DNA from: Candidatus Staskawiczbacteria bacterium
GTDB taxonomy: Bacteria; Patescibacteriota; Minisyncoccia; Minisyncoccales; Staskawiczbacteraceae
NCBI GenBank assembly: GCA_903913175.1
Contig: CAIWKF010000068.1
Location: 1 to 10,376, forward strand
Reading direction: 5' to 3'
DNA length: 10,376 nt
The notes beneath the pieces were generated by a model that worked only from the letters and a program-made list of their open reading frames with translations, was not told the DNA's origin and searched no databases. This document shows, piece by piece, positions 1 to 4,864 of the stretch. The position numbers and the translations under genes are program-made. How positions within the stretch are numbered: the first letter of the stretch is position 1; every line of letters begins with the position of its first letter.

Positions 1-25
1 ACCCACAAAAAGCCTTGTCAATGGG

Positions 26-54
26 TTGCAAATAATCAATATATCTGCTATTAT
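26..54 (+). promoter_or_regulatory. sigma70-like promoter for rpsT: TTGCAA (26-31), 17-nt spacer, TGcTATTAT extended -10 (46-54)
   Basis: Read directly: the -35-like hexamer, 17-nt spacer and TGn-TATTAT lie about 40 nt upstream of the rpsT ATG. Confidence 0.45.
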
Positions 55-93
55 TTGTTTATTATACAACTAATTAATTAAATAATAAAGAAG

Positions 94-357
94 ATGGCCA
101 TAACAAAATCAGCTAAAAAAGCAATAAGGCAAAATGCTACTAGAAAAGCCCATAACCTTATTTATAAAAATAAACTTAAAAAGCTTGTTAAAGAAGTCAA
201 AACTTTAATTGTGCAAAAAAAGGTTGATGAAGCTAAAAAGGTTTTACCACAGGTTTACGCTATTTTAGATAAATCTGCTAAAGTAAATGTAATGAAAAAA
301 AATACTGCTTCTCGTATAAAATCCCGCCTTACTTTATCTTTGCAAAAAATTAAGTAA
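94..357 (+). CDS. rpsT: 30S ribosomal protein S20
   Basis: 87-aa very basic protein. The N-terminus MAITKSAKKAIRQ...KAHN and overall pattern match the S20 family. It is followed by a terminator. Confidence 0.9.
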   Translation: MAITKSAKKAIRQNATRKAHNLIYKNKLKKLVKEVKTLIVQKKVDEAKKVLPQVYAILDKSAKVNVMKKNTASRIKSRLTLSLQKIK

Positions 358-380
358 GCTTGAAATTTAAAACTTAAAAT

Positions 381-408
381 AAAAAAACCGCGAAAGCGGT
401 TTTTTGTT
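381..408. terminator. Bidirectional Rho-independent terminator: A-run, CCGC-GAAA-GCGG hairpin (GNRA loop), T-run
   Basis: aaaaaaaCCGCgaaaGCGGttttttgtttt lies between convergent rpsT (+) and rplT (-). The A-run upstream and T-run downstream make it work on both strands. Confidence 0.75.
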
Positions 409-418
409 TTTATATAAA

Positions 419-775
419 TTATTTTTTGTCTCCTTTGGCTTTTTCTACTATTTTAACAAACAACTCAGGAAATTTGTTAGCTAGTTGAGATAATATTTTT
501 CTATCAATTTCAATTTTATTATCTTTTAAAGCTTTAATAAATCTACTGTAATTAATTCCAAGTGGCCTGACCGCAGCGTTTATTTGTAATTGCCAAAGTT
601 GTCTCGAGGTTCTTTTTTTAACTTTTCTATCTCTATAAGCATAAGTCCATGCGTGTTTTAAAGCATCTTTAGCTGCTTTAAATTTTGACTTTCTTCCCCA
701 TCTAAAACCTTTAGCATGTTTTAAAAGCTTTTTCCTATGTTTTAAGGCAGCTGTCGATTTTTTTACTCTTACCAT
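419..775 (-). CDS. rplT: 50S ribosomal protein L20
   Basis: 118 aa. Motifs KHRKKLLKHAKGFRWGRK...YAYRDRK...RQLWQLQINAA match the L20 family. It sits in the conserved infC-rpmI-rplT order. Confidence 0.93.
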   Translation of the reverse strand: MVRVKKSTAALKHRKKLLKHAKGFRWGRKSKFKAAKDALKHAWTYAYRDRKVKKRTSRQLWQLQINAAVRPLGINYSRFIKALKDNKIEIDRKILSQLANKFPELFVKIVEKAKGDKK

Positions 776-797
776 ATTTTTAAATAATTAAAATTTA

Positions 798-989
798 TTA
801 TACTTTTAGTTGTAAAAACTTCCTTATTTTTTTGGTCTCTCCTTTAGAGATCTCAATCCATTTGCGACCTTTTCTTCTGTCCTCTCCAGTTTTTTTAGAT
901 CTGTAGTGGTTTTGCCCAGCTTTTCTATGCAAAATTTTACCTGTGCCTGTAATTTTAAATCTTTTTAATAATGCTTTTTTTGCTTTCAT
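798..989 (-). CDS. rpmI: 50S ribosomal protein L35
   Basis: 63-aa basic protein MKAKKALLKRFKITGTGKILHRKAGQNH, typical of L35, located between infC and rplT. Confidence 0.88.
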   Translation of the reverse strand: MKAKKALLKRFKITGTGKILHRKAGQNHYRSKKTGEDRRKGRKWIEISKGETKKIRKFLQLKV

Positions 990-1006
990 ATTTTTTATTT
1001 TTAATA

Positions 1007-1573
1007 TTATTCTTTTGACACTATCATTGTAAAACCCTTTGGTTCTCTTTTTAACTCTCTTTCAACTTTAATTGAAATTAGTTTGTCTATGGTTTCTAAA
1101 AACGATATAATTTTATTTTTAGCAAATTCTCCCATAGCTTTTTCTCTTCCCTTTAAAACCATGCTTACTTTTATTTTGTCTCCATCTTTTAAAAATCCTT
1201 CTGCTTGTTTGGCTTTTGTTTCTAGGTCATGTACTGAAATATTAAAACCAAGTCGTATTTCTTTTAGTTCTGTTCTAGTTTTTATTTTAGCTTTTCTTTC
1301 TTTTTTTTGTAAAGAATAAAGATATTTTCCATAATCTCCAATTCTACAAACAGGTGGCTCAACCTTTTCTGTAACTTGTATTAAATCTAAGCTTTTGGTC
1401 TTAGCCAAATCAATGGCCAAAAATATATCCATTACGCCCAGCTGTTCGCCAGTTTCTGAAATAACCCTCACCTCTTTTGCCTTTATATAATTGTTTATTA
1501 AAACTTTATTTTGCAAAGCTTGTTTTTTTAATATTAAAATATGTGGAATCGCCGAGATTGAACTCGGGTCCAA
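1007..1573 (-). CDS. infC: Translation initiation factor IF-3. The ORF as drawn starts at TTG 1571-1573. The true start may be a non-canonical ATT/ATA at about 1532-1549, as in many infC genes
   Basis: Motifs INNYIKAKEVRVISETGEQLGVM...VEPPVCRIGDYGKYLY...KEIRLGFNISVHDLETK match IF3 N- and C-domains. There is no ATG at the 5' end. The ORF-track M comes from TTG. ATT codons sit at 1547-1549 and 1538-1540. Confidence 0.88.
   Translation of the reverse strand: MDPSSISAIPHILILKKQALQNKVLINNYIKAKEVRVISETGEQLGVMDIFLAIDLAKTKSLDLIQVTEKVEPPVCRIGDYGKYLYSLQKKERKAKIKTRTELKEIRLGFNISVHDLETKAKQAEGFLKDGDKIKVSMVLKGREKAMGEFAKNKIISFLETIDKLISIKVERELKREPKGFTMIVSKE
1552..1567 (-). promoter_or_regulatory. GC-rich hairpin (CCGAG-6nt-CTCGG) at the extreme 5' end of infC, just upstream of the candidate ATT start codons
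   Basis: Read directly: ccgagattgaactcgg. It is GC-rich in an AT-rich context. Its position fits a translational autoregulation or initiation-region structure. Confidence 0.3.
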
Positions 1574-1889
1574 AAGTTTTTCTAAAATAATTCTACAAAT
1601 TTAGTTTGCTTTTTTGTTCGAGTAATAGATAAAAAACAAACGAAATTTCTATTACCTTATCTCCAATTGTTTTTAATAATTTCTCGGAGAAAAGAAATTA
1701 TCTATCCTAATTATATAACACCTTTAATCCACCTATTAGGAGTGAATGGCAAAGATGGCACTAAGCGTATGCTAGTGCTGGTTGTCTATTAAATAAATTG
1801 GCAACTATATGTTTTCCTGAAAGTTTTACCAGGTTTCAGAATACTGGATTTGCCTTATTTTAAAAAGAACAATTGTCGAAACTTGCGAT
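1574..1889 (-). promoter_or_regulatory. Long non-coding leader upstream of infC-rpmI-rplT. Candidate structured regulatory RNA (L20/IF3 autoregulatory-leader analogue)
   Basis: About 390 bp with no ORF of 60 aa or more on any frame. It contains mutually exclusive helices at 1815-1850 (cctg/cagg, ctgaaa/tttcag, ccag/ctgg) and an imperfect 11-bp stem at about 1600-1645. L20-mediated leader control of infC operons is established in other bacteria. Confidence 0.25.
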
Positions 1890-1925
1890 CCCGCCCGCAA
1901 CGCTTCGCGTAGCGATGCGGGCGGG
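1890..1925. repeat. GC-rich compound hairpin: 10-bp perfect stem CCCGCCCGCA/TGCGGGCGGG enclosing an inner CGCT-tcgcgt-AGCG hairpin
   Basis: Read directly. It is about 80% GC in a roughly 29% GC genome. It lies 40 nt downstream of the GIY-YIG stop (minus strand). There is no adjacent U-run, so it is not a canonical terminator. Confidence 0.6.
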
Positions 1926-1964
1926 CCCATACCATTACGCCAAACTCTGTGGGCGAAGTAAAAG

Positions 1965-2210
1965 TTATATGTCAGATAGTCTTCTATTTAAATAAGATCT
2001 ACCAAATCCAGTTTTCAAAGATTTTTCTCTTTTGATTGCATCCTCTAAAATATTACATGCTTCATAATATAATAGAGTAAAAGGTATTCGGTTTTTTGTA
2101 CAATCAACTCTTCCTGTATTATGTTCTTTAAATCTTCTTCTTAAATCGTTCGTATGACCAACATACAACTTTTCATCTTTTAAACTTTTTAAAACATAAA
2201 CATATTGCAT
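1965..2210 (-). CDS. Small GIY-YIG nuclease-domain protein (YhbQ/UPF0213-like)
   Basis: 81 aa. YVYVLKS...LYVGHTNDLRRRFKEHN...G...YT...RIPFTLLYYEA...AIKREKSLK matches the GIY-YIG core (GIY...YIG...R...E...N). The start lies 4 nt after the smpB stop, so co-transcription is likely. Confidence 0.85.
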   Translation of the reverse strand: MQYVYVLKSLKDEKLYVGHTNDLRRRFKEHNTGRVDCTKNRIPFTLLYYEACNILEDAIKREKSLKTGFGRSYLNRRLSDI

Positions 2211-2214
2211 GTTT

Positions 2215-2679
2215 TTATCTACTTAATTCACGGTTGATTTCCCTCTCGGTATCTCTTTGTTTGATTTTTTCTTTCTTATCAAACTTTTTTTTACCGCGGG
2301 CTAAAGCGAATTCAAGCTTTATCTTACCACTATTATCATAAACTTTCAAGGGTATTAAAGAAAAACCTCGTTCTTTTGACTTGTTGGCCAAATAATGTAT
2401 TTCTTTTTTATTTAAAAGTATTTTTCTTTGGCGCTCTGAGTTATAATCAGCTGGAGCGTTATTGGGTTGGTAGGCGGGTATTTTACTGCCCACTAAACTG
2501 GGTTCAAATTGCATATTAAAAACAATATAAGAACCAGTCAAAGAAATGTGCCCACCTCTTATTGATTTTACTTCTTGTCCTTGTAAAACAAAACCAGCCT
2601 CATATTTTTCTATAATTTCATAATCATAATATGCCTTTTTGTTCTCAGTATAAATTTTCTCGTTTTGTGTGTTTTTCAT
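2215..2679 (-). CDS. smpB: SsrA-binding protein SmpB
   Basis: YYDYEIIEKYEAGFVLQGQEVKSIRGG..SL.GSY and the C-terminal basic tail match SmpB. The ORF is open up to 2727. The ATG at 2677-2679 (MKNTQNEK...) gives the canonical N-terminus. The upstream extension is encoded by the GC-rich element. Confidence 0.88.
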   Translation of the reverse strand: MKNTQNEKIYTENKKAYYDYEIIEKYEAGFVLQGQEVKSIRGGHISLTGSYIVFNMQFEPSLVGSKIPAYQPNNAPADYNSERQRKILLNKKEIHYLANKSKERGFSLIPLKVYDNSGKIKLEFALARGKKKFDKKEKIKQRDTEREINRELSR

Positions 2680-2686
2680 TTTTTTG

Positions 2687-2720
2687 TCATTGCGAGAAGC
2701 CCGCAGGCGCCGAAGCAATC
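2687..2720. repeat. GC-rich element tcattgcgagaagcccgcaggcgccgaagcaatc in the smpB 5' UTR (ATTGC...GCAAT outer inverted repeat, internal GAAGC direct repeat)
   Basis: Read directly. It is about 60% GC in an AT-rich setting. It shares GCTTCG...TGCGGGC core motifs, in opposite orientation, with the hairpin at 1890-1925. Confidence 0.45.
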
Positions 2721-2763
2721 TCTTCATATTCTACTGTATCATTTTTTTCTTCTCTTGAAACCA

Positions 2764-2792
2764 TTGACAAGCAATAATTATTATGATATAAT
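2764..2792 (+). promoter_or_regulatory. Consensus sigma70 promoter TTGACA, 17-nt spacer, TGaTATAAT (extended -10) driving the SPFH gene
   Basis: Read directly: perfect -35 and -10 hexamers with a 17-nt spacer and a TG motif, about 100 nt upstream of ATG 2895. Confidence 0.6.
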
Positions 2793-2894
2793 TAATTATG
2801 TAAAAAATCTGAGGTTTGTGCCTTAGATATAAGGGTTTTCTTGCCCTTTAACAATTTAGTTTCTGTTTCACCGTTTGCCCTAAGGAGAATTGTT

Positions 2895-4166
2895 ATGTCC
2901 GATGTAGTCAAATTTTTGCTCGTGTTGTGCACCGTAATGGTTACGTGTGCTATTTTGACCCTCCCCTTCGCCCTTTTACCATGGTGGATTGCATTAATCA
3001 TTGATGTAATCGTTGTGGTAACATTTCTGGTGTTTTTTATTCGGAATGGACTCCGAAAAATTCCTGCAGATCCTCCACACAAGGCTATCTTTGTTCTTTT
3101 GGGAGAAAGAACAAATACGGTTATTAATGAGGGGTGGCATTTTTTTCCGATTTGTCCATTTGTTTCTGACTACATCTTAATTAAAACCGAAAAAGTTAAT
3201 TATGATTTGCCAGAGCAACAAGTTCGAACTCCGGACAAGGCAATGGTGGCGATAAAGTCAAGTATCACTTTTATTCCAGGTATTGATAATAGTCCGGGAT
3301 CGTTCCTGTCCTATTTGAACTCTGGAGGAGAAGCTGGAGTAAAAAAAATTCTTCAGGATATCATTGACGATAGAACAAAGACATGGGCATCTTCAAACAC
3401 CGAAGGCCCTGCTTCTTGGACTGAGGCTCAGTCAATGAAGGATGATGTCCACAGTGTGCTTGTTAAGTCAATTTTAGGTGATGCGTTGCCTAATATTGAC
3501 TCGGACATTCCAACTGCTACATTGATGCGTTTTTTAAATGCTCCGAAGTCTCCACCGACTAAATATGATGCTACCAAAAAAAATGGGTGGGCAGAAATAA
3601 AAGGAGACGGTGATTGGAACTGGGACAAGCTTCAAGGCAAATTTGATGGTTATTCGGTTGAAAAGCAGAAAGCCATCAAGGCGGCCATCAAACAAAGGCG
3701 TGAAGATGTTCGTGCTATTCGCGAAGGCAAGGCAATATTTGGTGATGTGAGTTTGGGAATCACAATCATCAGGTTTACAGTTAATGATCTTAAGGTTCTT
3801 GGTGCGGTCGCCGAAGCCGCTGAAAAGGAAGAAAAGGAGAATCGCGAAAGAGCCGCAGAAACAGTTGAGATTAACAATGTGGCTGATAGGGCCAAGGATC
3901 TTAAAACTGCGCTTCCAGGACTTTCTTCTCAAGAGGCACTTGAGATTGTTCAAACCGAACGTGGAAAGATCTCAAAGAAGGTGATTCATGTCAGTGGCGC
4001 CCAAAGTGGGCTGGGTCATGACCTTCTTGGTCTGTCTGGTGCTGGCGGTCTCACCGGAGGTGGTGGCATGCCTACCGGACCTACTAGTGGATCTCGTGGG
4101 GCCGAACCAAAGATGACAAAGGAAAAGACTAAGAAGCCTTTTGTCAGGCCTGAGGATATGGTCTAG
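2895..4166 (+). CDS. SPFH/band-7 (stomatin/flotillin/HflK-like) membrane protein with an N-terminal TM hairpin, a coiled-coil EA/KE-rich segment and a Gly-rich C-terminal tail
   Basis: The SPFH core reads PADPPHKAIFVLLGERTNTVINEGWHFF...VSDYILIKTEKVNYDLPEQQVRTPDKAMVAI. The N-terminus has two hydrophobic helices. A strong SD (AAGGAGA) lies 7 nt before ATG 2895, and this in-frame ATG is preferred over the ORF-track start at 2841. GC is about 43-50% against a roughly 29% background. Confidence 0.85.
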   Translation: MSDVVKFLLVLCTVMVTCAILTLPFALLPWWIALIIDVIVVVTFLVFFIRNGLRKIPADPPHKAIFVLLGERTNTVINEGWHFFPICPFVSDYILIKTEKVNYDLPEQQVRTPDKAMVAIKSSITFIPGIDNSPGSFLSYLNSGGEAGVKKILQDIIDDRTKTWASSNTEGPASWTEAQSMKDDVHSVLVKSILGDALPNIDSDIPTATLMRFLNAPKSPPTKYDATKKNGWAEIKGDGDWNWDKLQGKFDGYSVEKQKAIKAAIKQRREDVRAIREGKAIFGDVSLGITIIRFTVNDLKVLGAVAEAAEKEEKENRERAAETVEINNVADRAKDLKTALPGLSSQEALEIVQTERGKISKKVIHVSGAQSGLGHDLLGLSGAGGLTGGGGMPTGPTSGSRGAEPKMTKEKTKKPFVRPEDMV

Positions 4167-4190
4167 GTTGTTGTCGCGTGTAACAACAAT
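4167..4190. other. Stem-loop TTGTTGT-cgcgtgta-ACAACAA immediately after the SPFH stop codon
   Basis: Read directly. It precedes the canonical terminator, and may be a processing or stability element or part of a tandem terminator. Confidence 0.4.
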
Positions 4191-4219
4191 GCCGAGCATG
4201 GATAGCTCGGCATTTTTTT
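4191..4219 (+). terminator. Rho-independent terminator GCCGAGC-atggata-GCTCGGC followed by a T8 run
   Basis: Read directly: a perfect 7-bp GC stem plus a T-run 25 nt after the SPFH stop. The reverse complement also gives a weaker terminator for the convergent 197-aa gene. Confidence 0.8.
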
Positions 4220-4243
4220 GTAGTTAAAATTTTACTCTTTTAT

Positions 4244-4837
4244 TTATTCAATTGGCTCTCTGTAAGTGTCATTTTTTTGAGGATCTTGTTGTTTTTCTTT
4301 TACTATTTCTAGTGTTTTTTTAAATATTTTTTCTGGTAATTCTATTTTTATGTCTGGTTTAGGGCTTTCTTGGTTTGGAAAAGATCCAATTGGTGGTCTT
4401 AATTTAGAAATAATTTCTGATTGAGTTTCTGGCGGTTTATATTTGTCCTCCTTAATTGGTAGCGGTTCTTTTAAGTTTTGTACAATTGGTAAAATTACTA
4501 ATTTTATATCATTAGCAATTTCTTCTGCATTTTTTTTTGAAACCATTAATGATTTTTCTACAGCATTAGCTATATCACCAAATTTAATTATTTTATCATT
4601 AATATCTTGTGCAATGGTAATAATTTTTTGCCCATTTGTTTCAACAGAATTTGAATTTTGTGTTTCTATTTGCTGCGAATTTTCTGAGGTATCAGGGCTT
4701 TCAAGTTCTTGCTCTGGGCTTGCCTCCCCCACAAAAAGTTCTTCTACTAAATTATATTTTTCTAATAAAGCAGAAATTGCCAAACCTAATTCTACTGAGA
4801 AAAATGTGTCATTTATTGTGTTATTTAATTCTTCCAT
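4244..4837 (-). CDS. Hypothetical acidic, Pro/Glu/Gln-rich soluble protein (197 aa), downstream of and probably co-transcribed with the 897-aa membrane protein gene
   Basis: A long ORF with no TM segments and net acidic charge, lying 27 nt downstream of the 4865-7558 gene on the same strand. No recognisable family. Confidence 0.65.
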   Translation of the reverse strand: MEELNNTINDTFFSVELGLAISALLEKYNLVEELFVGEASPEQELESPDTSENSQQIETQNSNSVETNGQKIITIAQDINDKIIKFGDIANAVEKSLMVSKKNAEEIANDIKLVILPIVQNLKEPLPIKEDKYKPPETQSEIISKLRPPIGSFPNQESPKPDIKIELPEKIFKKTLEIVKEKQQDPQKNDTYREPIE

Positions 4838-4864
4838 AATAATTTTAAATTACTTTTTATTACT

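Noticed and set aside
1083-1319. 78-aa ORF on the + strand inside infC
   Set aside because: It is antisense to a confidently identified IF3 gene. Its low-complexity hydrophobic translation is typical of AT-rich antisense frames.
1829-1933. 34-aa ORF (MGPPASLREALRAGS...) on the minus strand spanning the GC-rich hairpin
   Set aside because: The ORF exists only because the palindromic GC-rich hairpin lacks stop codons. The PPASLREALRAG peptide is the typical translation artefact of such repeats.
1574-1964. Possible tmRNA (ssrA) or tRNA next to smpB
   Set aside because: Neither strand shows a tRNA-like T-arm/acceptor 3' end or a tag-peptide reading frame ending ...AA-stop. The only GC-rich segment is a simple hairpin. 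Infernal would be needed to fully exclude a divergent or permuted tmRNA.
2680-2727. N-terminal extension of the smpB ORF (MKRLLRRLRASRNDKK)
   Set aside because: The extension is encoded by the GC-rich element B and is absent from the SmpB family consensus. The internal ATG at 2677-2679 gives the canonical N-terminus.
2792-3082. 96-aa ORF on the - strand overlapping the SPFH gene start and promoter
   Set aside because: It overlaps a consensus promoter and the SD/start of the SPFH gene. It has no family resemblance and is likely spurious.
3428-4199. Several 66-139-aa ORFs (3428-3628, 3534-3953, 3650-3895, 3784-3984, 3972-4199) on either strand inside or over the SPFH gene
   Set aside because: All are overlapping or antisense frames of a well-supported SPFH CDS. 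The higher GC of this gene reduces chance stop codons, which explains their length.
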